A DNA stretch of 64,000 bases from Octopus sinensis (taxonomy: Eukaryota). The stretch lies in NCBI RefSeq assembly GCF_006345805.1, contig NC_042997.1:144708001-144772000 (forward strand), given 5' to 3'. A program made the position numbers and the translations under genes. Of this stretch, positions 49,841-61,700 are shown in pieces. Numbering within the stretch: the first letter of the stretch is position 1; each line of letters opens with the position of its first letter. The notes under the pieces are model-generated. The model was not told the DNA's origin. It saw only the letters and a list, made by a program, of their open reading frames with translations, and searched no databases.

Positions 49841-50224
49841 TGGAAGCACTCCGTCGGTTACGACGACGAGGGTTCCGGTTGATCCGAATCAACAGAACAG
49901 CCTGCTCGTGAAATTAACGTGTAAGTGGCTGAGCACTCCCCAGACACGTGTGCCCTTAACGTAGTTCTCGGGGATATTCAGCGTGACACAGAGAGTGACA
50001 AGGCCGGCCCTTTGAAATACAGGTACAACAGAAACAGGAAGTAAGAGTGAGAGAAAGTTGTGGTGAAAGAGCATAGCAGGGATCACCACCATCCCTGCCG
50101 GGGCCTCGTGGAGCTTTAGATGTTTTCGCTCAATAAACACTCACAACGCCCGGTCTGGGAATCGAAACCGCGATCCTATGACCGCGAGTCCGCTGCCCTA
50201 ACCACTGGGCCATTGCGCCTCCAC
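49841..50224 (-). mobile_element. tRNA-derived SINE family C, full length, 11-bp TSD
   Basis: Head GGAGGCGCAATGGCCCAGTGGTTAGG...GGTTTCGATTCCC; TGTTTAACACA at 49830-49840 and 50225-50235. Confidence 0.95.
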
Positions 50225-50375
50225 TGTTTAACACAAGTTCAGCCCTGATTATGGTCAGATCTGTAACGAAACGTATTTCAGCCGTGATCTTCTTTGAGAC
50301 CAATTTTCAAAGATGCATCCGAGATCAGATCATCCATTTCTATTATTGCTTTTTTTCTTCTTTTTCCTTAGTATA

Positions 50376-50805
50376 GGCGCAGGAGTGGCTGTGTGGTAAG
50401 TGGCTTGCTTACCAACCAACCACATGGTTCCGGGTTCAGTCCCACTGCGTGGCACCTTGGGTAAGTGTCTTCTACTATAGCCTCCGTCCGACCAAAGCCT
50501 TGCGAGTGGATTTGGTAGACGGAAACTGAGAGAAGCCCGTCGTATATATATATATATAACAGGCTTCTTTCAGTTCCACGTGTGTGTGTGTGTGTGCGTG
50601 TTTGTGTGTCTGTGTTTGCTCCCCACCCCAACAGCGCTTGACAACCGATGCTGGTGTTTACGTCCCCGTAACTTAGCGGTTCGGCAAAAGAGAGTCCGAT
50701 AGAATAAGTACTAGGCTTACAACGAATAAGTCCCGGGGTCGATTTGCTCGACTAAAGGCGGTGCTCCAGCATGGCCGCAGTCAAATGACTGAAACAAGTA
50801 AAGAG
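50376..50805 (+). mobile_element. SINE family A, full length, young
   Basis: Consensus-like with CpGs intact; followed by an inverted decayed 3' half at 50820-51040. Confidence 0.92.
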
Positions 50806-51739
50806 AGTGTCTTTTATCTTTTATCGTTTTCTTCTTCCAGTTATTGGACTGCGACCATGCTGAGGCATCGCCTTGAAGAGCTTTAGTCAAACAGATGAAC
50901 TCCATTTGTTAATTAAAGTGGGATGCTTATTCTGTCGGTCTCTTACCGAAGCGCTGGGTTTGCGGAACGAAAGCAAACCAACACCGGTTGTTATGCTATA
51001 GGAGGAAAGCATACAACTACAAAGACACACACACACGATCAAACAGGTCGAGCAACTATACGGAGACTTCATTTTTGACTTGAGTAACAAACATTTCTTT
51101 TTTTTTTTTTTCGTGTTGATAAGAAATCGTTATCAACAATATAAAAATCAATACAATTTGTTTATTCATTTAGTTATTTCAGCAAATATGGCTGGGCTGC
51201 ATGGTTAAGAAGCTCGCTCTACGACCCGGTGTTGTCGGATTCAGTCCTGCTACACAGCACTACTATAGGCCCTGGCCGACCAATGAATGCTTTGTAAATA
51301 AATATGGCAAACGGAAACTGTGAAGAAGCCCGTTGGATGTGTGTGTGTGTGTGTGTGTATTTCAGTACTAGAGTCAATTTGTTCTGTTGAACCCGTCAAA
51401 GCGTTCCCCTAGCACAGCTGTATTTCAATGACTGAAACAAGTAAACAGTAAAAGATTTTAAATACTTTGTTTAAGGAGTCGTAGTTATACCGTAGCCTAT
51501 TTCCAGCAGAAACTTGAATTTCAACGGGCAGATAACCCTGTGATACCCACCTCCTCTCCAAGCTGGTTGTTGATCTTGTTGTGACAGTCTTTAGCAGGTT
51601 TTATGTTTACTAAAAGATCTAAGAAATACTGTTTGTAATGAACTTTGTTGCCTAGTGAGGTTGTTATTTAGCTGAAGGCACGTTGACCTGTGATTAAAAG
51701 TGTGCCAGGCGTGGTGTATTGAAGACTGTGCGTTGTATG

Positions 51740-52301
51740 CAGAGCCGGATTTAGACCTAATGACTCCTGGGTCAATAGATCTTTTTCGGGGGGCGACGAT
51801 TTTGCTAATTCCAAACAAAGAAGGCTCCATTAAATGCAAGGGCCCCAAACAGTTTAGAGTGGGGCTCCATTAGGTGTAAGAACCCCAAGCAGTTTAGAGG
51901 GGCCTCCATTAAATGTAAGGGGCCCAAACAGTTTGGGGAGGATTTTATTAAATGTAAGGGTCCCAAACAGTTTGAAGAGGGCTTCGTTAAATGTAGAGGC
52001 CCCAAAACTTAAAAGGGTTTCGGTAGATTCAGAGGGACCCAGTTAAATTTTTCTTTTAATTTTAAAGGCCCAATATAAAAAAAAAAAACGGCTCAATAAT
52101 TTTAAAAGAACTATTCGATTAAAAATGTTTAAACAAGTAAAAGAAATGAAAATGTATCAATTTAATTCCTGTAAATATAGATTTTAAACTCCAAGCTTCA
52201 GGCTTCTCTGAGTTAAAGATGCCCCCAATGCTTAGCTTCCCCGCAAGCTTAGGTGACTCTGTGTCGTGGTCCCTTTTGGCTTACACATAAATCCGGCCTT
52301 G
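51740..52301. mobile_element. hAT-type MITE with internal ~39-bp minisatellite
   Basis: TIRs cagagccggattta / taaatccggccttg; 8-bp flanks gttgtatg / gttatatc; 5-6 units ggctccattaaatgtaagggccccaaacagttt at 51823-52042. Confidence 0.8.
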
Positions 52302-53123
52302 GTTATATCTTTTAAAGATACAACGGTATGATATACAAGAAATTTGACTGCTACTTCTACCAGGTCGAGCTACTACCTAAACTATGTTGGTTCATTTTAC
52401 ATTTTGCTTTCACAATACTTTGGCTTCATTAAATATGTAAATATCCAAATACATGTATGTATGTAAGAATGTGTGTGTGTGATTAATGTATATGTGTGTG
52501 TTTGTATATGTTTATGTATAGGTGTCTGTATATATATGTCCCTGTGGTACATAACTGTTGTACGCCGAACATCTTATTTCATCGCGAAAGTTCAAACCTC
52601 AGAGGTTGACCTTTATTTCCATTCCTCTAGAGTCGAATGCACACAAATTGCGTGTATGTGAAAATGTGCACGTGAATATTAGATACGTGTGCGAGTATAC
52701 ACGTGTATATGAGTACGAATGTGTGTCTGTGTGTCGTTTGGTTGTGATATTTATTGACATGAATGACAAGGAAGTATTTTTCGCAATCGTCATTTAGCCG
52801 CTATCAACATATCAATAATAAATATGCTGATATATTGACATAAACTCACTCACAAACGTTTTCCAACCTCAGGTCCACAGACATGCTGTCTCATCACTCT
52901 GCCTTTTCTACCGCTACTATAATGGTCTCTGCTCTTCAGAAGTAGCTGGGAGCATCCCACCAGCGGTCAGCATTTCCAGCCCACTCGGCTCCCCAGCTCT
53001 CAATTCCCAAGGTTTCTCACTAATTATGTATCATCATTTCAAAGCTTACTGGGCCTAATTAATTCTGATTTTTTCTTTATCGCTTAGCTAGGAAGGAGTG
53101 GTAATACCTATGATATTCTATAG

Positions 53124-53426
53124 CAACGGTCTCTAACCTTTCTTTTGCTGCACAGACCAGGGGAGCATGTGCATAGTAAAACACAATGAAGTATATATAT
53201 ATATATTTAATGGTTATATATACAGAGTGGGCCAAAAGTCAATTAAAATACTTGTAGGTGAATAAGAATGTTTTGGTGCGTGACTTTTGGTCCACCCTAT
53301 ATAATGCATATATTGTGCAGAAATACATTGCAGACAGTGATAATCAATAAAGTAGAAATAATTTAAAATTTTATCCTTTTTGTGCGGCGTGGTTCTAGTC
53401 CGCAGCCGGCTGGTAAAGGGCCCCTG
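53124..53426. mobile_element. Decayed hAT (Charlie-like) MITE
   Basis: caacggtctctaacc ... ggtaaagggcccctg ends; flanks ttctatag / ctctataa. Confidence 0.55.
53223..53299. mobile_element. Very short Tc1/mariner-type MITE, TA TSD
   Basis: TA|cagagtgggccaaaagtca ... tgacttttggtccacccta|TA; TIR resembles 58278-58297. Confidence 0.7.
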
Positions 53427-53529
53427 CTCTATAAGACTTCTGAGAAGGGATGGAAGGTTTCCGCAAACTGGATGTTCTTGTAACAGCAGAGTTCGCTAAA
53501 CACACCCAAGATGCTAGGTGATGGTGTTA

Positions 53530-54141
53530 AACTGAATGACGAATAAATATACTGCTTAAATAGGAAATATCGTGGTTTGAACTCAGAGCACTTAGACATC
53601 GTCCGCAAGACATCGTCTGACTCTCTAACGACTCTACCAGTCCACTACATTTGACTGGTATTTTATCGAGCCTGGAAGGATGAAATGCAAAGTTGATGTC
53701 ATTGGGATTTGAACTCAGAATGCAAGAAACCGGTACAATAATTTTTTCTACTAAAGGCTCAAGGCCTGAAATCTTTGTGGAGGAGGGGACTAGTCGATTG
53801 CATCGAGCCCAGTGTTTCATTGGTACGTAATTTATCGACCCCGAAAGGATGAAAGGCGAAGTCGACCTCGGCGGAATTTGAACTCAGAACGTAGCGGCAG
53901 ACGAAATACCTATTTCTTTACTACCCACAAGAGACTAAACACAGAGAGGACAAACAAGGACAGACAAACGGATTAAGTCGATTATATCGACCCAGTGCGT
54001 AACTGGTACTTATTTAATCGACCCCGAAAGGATGAAAGGCAAAGCCGACCTCAGCGGAATTTGAACTCAGAACGTAACGGCAGACGAAATACGGCTACGC
54101 ATTTCGCCCGGCGTGCTAATGTTTCTGGCAGCTCGCCGCCT
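53530..54141 (-). mobile_element. Cluster of SINE family B copies (CpG intact)
   Basis: tcgaccccgaaaggatgaaaggc...gacctcggcggaatttgaactcagaacg repeated at about 53665, 53835 and 54018. Confidence 0.9.
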
Positions 54142-55666
54142 TAGAATCCGGTTTTCGGAATGCAAGATATCTTGTCCACTGCTGTGATACGATGTATATT
54201 AGTGGTGAATCGGCCAATTCGTCAGAAGTACAAATAATATCAAATATACTCTGAATATATTTCGCTGAAGAGGGCTTTAAAATCTGAAATGTCTGGAGTT
54301 GTCGACCTCTGTCTAAGATCAGACTACCCTTTACGTTCACGAGATTACCTATTTTTCATTTGAATTTATTATGTGTAGATATTTCAACTTCATTTTCTTC
54401 ATTTTGATTTTCTGTTGTCTCCTTTGTCATAGTTTGGTTGCGTACAACATTGTTGACCATTGTTTACCCATCCTCGATACTGCTTATCACATTATGCGTC
54501 TTTGCACTTAGATGACCACTTTTAAACAAACGTTAAATTTGTAACACCTAGAGCGGATATACGGGTGTGACAACTGAAGTGTCACGATTTGGGATTAATT
54601 TATTATTATATTTCATCGTAGGTCAACAACGATCGAGTTATGATAAAGATTGTAGTTAGACCATCCCGTCTTTTGTTCAAACAATGTGTATACTGTATAA
54701 GACTATATTATCGAATATATCCTACATTACAGAAACAAAAAATGAAGAGTAACGAAGGCGTGAGTTAAAGGAGATTTAGCTGGCCTTTCCCGTAGAGTCG
54801 TTGTTGAAAAATTCGATGCAGTTAGAATTACGTACTGCATGTTCCTTCAGTCAAGTTTAGATTATATATGTGTAAGGACAATAAACGTAAAACCGAATGC
54901 AGATAGAACAAACGTTTGACAAATATGGAGTTAGTTTTTCGCTTCAATGGAAAAGGAACGACTAAACGTTTTGGACGTTAGTCTTTCGTCACAAGAGTAG
55001 AGAGAGAGAAGGAGAAGCAAAGGGAGAGTGAGAAAGAGAAATAGTGAACGTATAAAAGAAAAAGAGGGAAACGGAAAAGAATACAATATGAAGATGCACT
55101 GTTCTACAAGGAGTTAAGAAAGGAGAAAACGGTGGGTGTATTTGTGTCTTGAAGCGAGCGTAAATGTGTGTTTGTGTGTGTATGGTAACGTTATAGAAGG
55201 TGCAGTGGTTAAGTCTGGTGATGGTGGTGGAAAGTTGAAAAGGAAAGGACAAGTGGGACAAGGAGACGCATATAAAACAACCACGTGGCAATACGACTCC
55301 ACACGCAGACACCTGTCGGCATGCAGCTTCTAGAGGCGGAAGCCTGAACTACAACGGCTTGTCCCACAGAGAATGTTTCCAGTAGAATAATGTATGTATA
55401 AATATATAGCCACAAGTAGTGTAATGTAAAATGTTTATGTAGCCACCAGCAGTGTTAAATACAACGTATATATAGTCACCAAAAGAATAAAGTACTATAT
55501 ACATATAGTTAGCAGCATTATACAGTAAAATTTAGATATGATCATCAACAGTAGACTACTTCCATTATAACGTAAAATGTGTATCGGATTACAGAATGTA
55601 ATGTATATATGTATATATTGATTACAAGTCGTGTAAGTCGTATAGATTATCAACGGTAATACGTAT

Positions 55667-56047
55667 CGTGGCACTCCGTCGGTTACGACGACAAGGGTTC
55701 CAGTTGATCCGATCAACGGAACAGCATGCTCGTGAAATTAACGTGCAAGTGGCTGAGCACTCCACAGACAAGTGTACCCTTAACGTAGTTCTCGGGGAGA
55801 TTCAGCGTGACACAGAGTGTGACAAGGCTGGCCCCTTTGAAATACAGGTACAACAGAAACAGGAAGTAAGAGTGAAAGTTGTGGTGAAAGAGTACAGCAG
55901 GGTTCGCCACCACACCCTGCCAGAGCCTCGTTAAGCTTTAGGTGTTTTCGCTCAATAAACACTTACAACGCCCGGTTAGGGAATCGAAGCCGCCATCCTA
56001 CGACCGCGACTCCTCTTCCCTAACCACTGGGCCATTGCGCCTCCACA
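55667..56047 (-). mobile_element. tRNA-derived SINE family C, full length, 11-bp TSD
   Basis: Collinear with 49841-50224; GTAATACGTAT at 55656-55666 and 56048-56058. Confidence 0.95.
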
Positions 56048-56261
56048 GTAATACGTATATATTGTCACCAAATAATACATACAGACAGACAGACATGCAT
56101 GTCACCACTAACAATGTTATTTAGTAAGACTCTCGAGGATTTGGCTTTACATATGGATTCTATATCTCCTGTTTATACCATCTATCCAACTACCTAACTA
56201 ACGTACTCTGTAAATATGGTCACCAGTAATATAAATTCAAACCACCATTATTATAAACTAA

Positions 56262-56670
56262 GGATCTTTTCGGTTTGACCGGCAGTTTTTAAAAATAATT
56301 TCCACGTAACTAAACACTTTTAAATTTCGTATACTGGTAGAATGTGTTTATAAAACATCTTTTTCTCTTGGCTTTATTGAGAAAATTCTATGGTTTGTAA
56401 GATATTTGTTGTTTTTTCTTCAATTTCTGCAATTTCAACCAATCAATGACGTTTATTTGAGGTGAAAACATTCTGTGCCGTATGGATATGTCCCTCGTTT
56501 AAGAAATAGATTGGGTTTATTTACATTTGTGAAGAAAAAAGATACCCTTCCCCCCACCCCTAACCCTAAAATAGATTGAAATGCAATAGATCGATACTAG
56601 GGTCATAATTATGGGTGACAATTTCATATGACACCGCTAGAAAAAACTGCCGTTCAAACCGAAAAGATCC
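56262..56670. mobile_element. MITE with ~29-bp TIRs and 8-bp TSD (Merlin-like)
   Basis: TAAACTAA|ggatcttttcggtttgaccggcagttttt ... aaaaactgccgttcaaaccgaaaagatcc|TAAACTAA; GG...CC termini. Confidence 0.9.
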
Positions 56671-57329
56671 TAAACTAAAAATGTACACGGTCTCTAAATG
56701 TATGAATTTCAATTCTAAATAAATATATTTGACGTGACCCACTGTATAATTTAAATCAGCAATGAAACGTTAACAAGCAGAGGTCAGAAAGAAAGAAAGA
56801 AAAAAAGTATGTTCTAAGAAGTAGGTATGTTTATCGTGTGTTCTAAGCAAATATATTATCGAAGTTAAGAAAGTGTGATGGGATTTAATGCAACTAGGTA
56901 AAATTGACACAAGGTAATACAGTGCACAAATGAAACTGTTGAGGAAATTGGCACAGCAGTAATCCAATTCATTTTAAATGAATTTAGAAGTTAAAAAATG
57001 TTATTTAATTAGTTGTTTTAGATACAGGGCAAACAATATTGACGAAGGAGGGTTTAGTGGATTACATCGAATCGACCTCACTGCTTCACTGGTACTTCAT
57101 TTTATCGACCCAGAAAGGCAAAAAAAGAACAGATTGACTTCAGTGGTAATTGAACAGAAATCGCTGCTTATTGCGACCTAACCGTGTTAAAAATACTACG
57201 AGTTCAAACGGTTCAAGTAAAAAAACCCGAACCAAAAGAAAATAAAAAAAGACAGGTAATAAAAACAACTCACGTGTTCACAATTCCTGAGATTATAAAT
57301 AAAATTTCTTTAAAATGACGTCAATTAAA

Positions 57330-57530
57330 AACTAACAGAATTGTCGGGGTAAAAATATTTTACGAGTATTTCTTCCGGCTCTTTACATTCTGAGTTCAAA
57401 CCCTACTGGGGTCAAATTTGCTTTTTGTCCTTTCAAGGTCGTTAAAATAAAGTACCACTCAGGCACTGGGGTCGATGTAATCGATTAGTCCCCCTCGACA
57501 CAAAATCAAGCCTTGTGCCCATATAAAAAG
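57330..57530 (+). mobile_element. SINE family B, decayed
   Basis: ttctgagttcaaaccc...ggggtcgatgtaatcgattagtcccc. Confidence 0.7.
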
Positions 57531-57534
57531 AACT

Positions 57535-57960
57535 AATGGTTTAACCCCCACCCCAGGTTTATGTGATTAAGCTGTGTTATGACGACAATCAAAGCTGTTC
57601 CATCCGAGACCAATCCGTCCTATGTACCTAAGACTACATGATTCAATGTATCTTTTACTTCTTTTCAAAAAGTAGAGTGTAATTCGAGGAAGATTTTGCT
57701 ATTATTTCTAGCAGGTGAGGCAACCACTTAAATACGTCCTCCTTACTCAAGAACTGAATAAGATGGTGCTTGTTTAACCCAGGTCAGCCCGGATCGAGCA
57801 AGGCGTTCCAACCTCGACCAAGTGGTCTTTTTTTCCATCCCCACCCTTAAGGACTGTTCAACTGAATGTATATTTCCTTTCTTTTTGAATACAGCAGCAT
57901 AAGATGTAATGAGGAAGATTTGGTTGCTATTTCTAGCACACCGAGCAACTATGTTGAGGT
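57535..57960. repeat. Two copies of dispersed repeat family E (unclassified)
   Basis: tttaacccca...gatttggttgctatttctagca; related copies near 1-40, 20490, 47536, 50230, 62740 and 63130. Confidence 0.55.
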
Positions 57961-58277
57961 CACCAAGACGTCGTGTTACAACAAGGTGTGTTGTCCTTTA
58001 TATTCACACGATAAAACACGTGTGAAAGTGTGCCAACTTGTTCTTTATTTTATGTAAGACAGCTGAATTACAATATTTTCGAAGTTTATTACTATTAACA
58101 TTAAACGTGCTAAAAATAGTAGTCAAATCTCCCTCATACTATATTCCACTAGCTTAGAGAGAGAGAGAGAGAAGACCATATTGCATGATGTCCTGTTACT
58201 AGAAACAGCAGCCGAATAGCCCTCATATTACATCCTAATGTCCTGTTACTAGAAATAGGAACCGAATCTTCCTTATA

Positions 58278-58465
58278 TAGGGTGGCCCAAAAGTCACAGA
58301 AGGGTTGCAATCTTTGATCATTCTTATTTTTTACCTTTTTTTTTAGGGATTTTATGGACTAGGTCCTGGAAATTAATTATGGAAAAATATGACACCGCAC
58401 AACGCACCCAAGTGGTAAAATTTTTCTAGCAAAATCAGGGGTCAATTATTCAAACCCAGAGAGCC
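58278..58465 (+). mobile_element. 5' end of a rosa/DD41D-like (DUF4817 HTH) Tc1/mariner transposon
   Basis: TIR tagggtggcccaaaagtca after TA; ATG 58379 reads MEKYDTAQRTQVVKFF*QNQGSIIQTQRA. Confidence 0.65.
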
Positions 58466-58505
58466 CCAAAGAGAATTACACCTCATAAAGTGTACAGAAT
58501 GGTGT

Positions 58506-58743
58506 GCATATAGCGTAGTGGTTAAGAGCACGTGCTACTAACCCCAAGATTTCGAGTTCGATTCCAGGCAATGACTTGAATAATAACAACAACAACAACA
58601 TAGAAAAATACCTTAGGAATGAGAACCCAGGTTACCCGAAGAAGGCTGAAGAGTATATCAGCCGAAACGTGTTAACAAACAAGATAAGGACAAATATCCG
58701 ACAAATGTAAATAATGTACATAATTCTCTCAAATATAGAACTG
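58506..58743 (+). mobile_element. Solo tRNA-headed P1 pLTR (SINE-like unit with hammerhead)
   Basis: Starts at the tRNA-like head (A-box TAGCGTAGTGG, B-box GAGTTCGATTC), ends aaatatagaactg as at 43261; collinear with 42444-42664. Confidence 0.85.
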
Positions 58744-59005
58744 TGATATCAAAAGAATATCCTTTAATACAGCGCAACTCATTAGCGTTCTTAAAGAGCA
58801 ATAAGAATATAAGCAAGAATGGAAAGCAAGTTTCAAATGTTTTAATGCACGTACATTTATGCATTATCCGCTTTCATGTTTTGTATATTTGTACTGGAAT
58901 TGATAATGTATAGGAATATGCCTATGATGCGAAGTGTTTTAATTTTTTAATTTGATAAAGGCACCTGACTTTAGAAATTTGTTCTCCATTCTTGCATATA
59001 TCTTA

Positions 59006-59426
59006 TCTCTCTCTATATAAACGGCAGTTTGTCTGTCTGTGTGTCTGTCAGGTTGTACCCTCACCCTGACCACGGCTTTCAACCGATTCTGATGAAACTT
59101 GACACACCCATAGCCCAATGTCATAATTCAAAACTAACGCAGCGAAAATTTTGAAAGGTTCCCCCAGTTCTGAAAAAAATCGATAAATTCGACATGGGGT
59201 CGAGAATCTAAGCTTTTTATATGCACCACATTTTCTGTCTAGGGGACACAACTCGACAGCTAGGGACAGCTAGGAACATCGTATACACAGAAGTATTCGA
59301 GTGAAGAGAAGACATTGCAGCCTACACATGCGCCTTCGTTCCCTAGAGGGAAAGGACTAGATTGGGATTAGTCGTTGCCTACTAGGGGCTCTTACATACC
59401 CGGGCAACGCCGGTCTATGCTGCTAG
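59006..59426 (+). mobile_element. Non-autonomous Helitron
   Basis: A|TC start, (TCTG)n near the 5' end, 3' hairpin ccgggcaacgccgg then CTAG|T. Confidence 0.8.
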
Positions 59427-59430
59427 TATA

Positions 59431-59855
59431 TATATACATATAAAGCTGAAGTTGTCTGTGTGTGTGTGGCAGGTTTGGTAGCCTGCAACTAACACTATCT
59501 CCTCCGAGACCCTGCGGCGCAAGTTGACCAAAATTAAGAGTATGACAGAAGAAGTAGAAGAAAAAAATTCAATTCGGACCATGTTAAGACCAAAAAATAT
59601 TTACATCAAAAAGGTGCTTTTTTCTATGAAAATCCCTATTTTTTTTTACGATTTTTTGACTACTGTGTCGCCATTTTCGGTGTATTTCAACCAGAAAAAT
59701 ATTCACTTAATGAGAATAACAAGCTACATAATGCAAACTTTTACTTTTCAAAAAAGATTGAAACTATGTCAAAACTTTGTTAACGCGACATCAAAGTCTG
59801 CCATTTTAAGTGCAACTAAAAAACAAACTCGAGCAACGCCCGGTTATACTGCTAG
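59431..59855 (+). mobile_element. Non-autonomous Helitron, second family, abutting the previous one
   Basis: 5' tataaagctgaagttgtctgtg resembles the 41041 start; 3' ctcgagcaacgcccgg then CTAG|T. Confidence 0.75.
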
Positions 59856-59894
<39 letters not shown>

Positions 59895-61332
59895 GTACTC
59901 ATGAGAGACATTAATGTTAGTGGCGGCAAGCTAAAATCGCATAGGCAAAATCAACAGATACAAAGGATTTGCGCTCTGCTTCTCTTCCTGACTTTTATAA
60001 CGAGAACTCTCTACTCGAATGGACCATCATACCACAAAACTTGATTTAAAAAGGATTTAGCTAATCCTATCAGGTGGTGCTATTAAGTTAGACATGGGCT
60101 GGACCAACCTTTGGATGAAACATATCCAAGTTATCTAACATATCTAAGTTATATAATTTAAACTTGTCTGAAGGAACATGCAGTACGTAATTCTAACTAC
60201 ATTGAATCTTTCAGTTTCCGTCCACCAAATCCACTCACAAGGCTTTGGTCAGCCCATGGCTATAGTAAAAGACACTTGTCCAAGACGGCCGAGCAGCAGG
60301 ACTGAACATGAAAATCACTGATTCGCAGCCAGTGTGCAAAAAAGGAAGGACCCCTGTCTGTTTACCTGCCCGCCTCTCTCTCTCTCTGTCCTTCCTTTTC
60401 GGCTGATTGGCTTCGAGCGGACGAGTGAGCGAATGAGAAGAGAGAGAGAGAGAGATGTTTTCGGTTACAGATCTGTTCGATCTTCTCAAAATACCATCAC
60501 CACCGAAATATTGGTTCTTCAAGGATCACTCAGGTTTCATTTCAAAACAATGAAAGCTGTTAAATTAACCATCCTTCATTACAGCTAATTAACGTGAAGC
60601 TTAGCAGGGTGGAAAATTGATTTTTTGTTTCTTCTTATTCCGAAATATGAAGAAGATCCTGCAAGTGAAAGGTGTCAATTGTCTCAAGAAACCTGTATTT
60701 ATTTTTTAAATGTTGTAGTTTACCTTTGTTTACGTTGTTTTATATCATGCTTATTTTATTTATACTTATTTAGTTATTCGTCTGACGATAATAAAAAGTA
60801 ACGATAAACTGCCGTCTGTAATAAATCTTGTCCATTATTCTGCTTCGCGTGTATATTTGTTCGTGTGGGTTTAATATAAAGGAAACGAAAGACAAATAAA
60901 TAAATATGAGAGAGACAGTAGGTTGGGGTTGAAAGAAAGGACGAGAAAAAGTCGGAAAGAGCGAGAGATAAAGTAAAAGCATGATAGAAAGAGGGAGCAT
61001 AATATAAAGAGAATGCATGATAAAAAGAAAGAAAGCTTGTAGAAAAGAGTAAGAGCGAGAGAATGAAAAGTGAGGCAGAAGAGAGAGAAACAGATAGAGA
61101 AGGGTGAGAAACAGAGGATAAAGACTAATGCATTATGAAAAAAGAAAACTAGTGTTGAATGTAAGAGGAGAATAGAAAAACCGGTAGGACTGGAGAAGAA
61201 ATATATAGAAAGAATGTTTTAAAAGACACTAATTTATTACTATCTGTTATCATTAACAGAATAATGGGACGGACAATAGAGGTTTTAGTAAACGACGTGA
61301 AAGACGGTCACACGCATATATAGATATTTATT

Positions 61333-61700
61333 TCTTTTGCTTCTTTCAGTCATTTGACTGCGGCCATGCTGGAGCACCGCCTTTAGTCGGGCAAATTGAG
61401 CCCCCAGTAGTTATTCTTTGTAAGCCTGGTACTTATTCTATCGGTTTCTTTGGCTGAACCGCTAAGTTACGGGCATGTAAACGCACCAGCATTGGTTGTC
61501 AAGCGATGTTGGGAGGGGGGACAAACATACACTATACACATATATACGACGAGATTCTTTCAGTTTCCGTCTACCAAATCCACTCACAAGACTTTGGTCG
61601 GCCCGAGGCTATAGTAGAAGACATTTGCCCAAGGTGCCACGCAGTGGGACTGAACCCGGAACCATGTGGTTGGTAAGCAAGCAAGCACATAGCCACTCCT
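61333..61700 (-). mobile_element. SINE family A, full length
   Basis: Reverse complement of consensus, CpGs intact. Confidence 0.9.

Noticed and set aside
50150-50224. tRNA genes at SINE heads (also 10145, 43772, 55975, 58506)
   Set aside because: A/B boxes present but no complete cloverleaf or acceptor stem, and each runs into a repeat body, some with TSDs.
56558-56569. Interstitial telomere
   Set aside because: Only two CCCTAA units, located inside a MITE.
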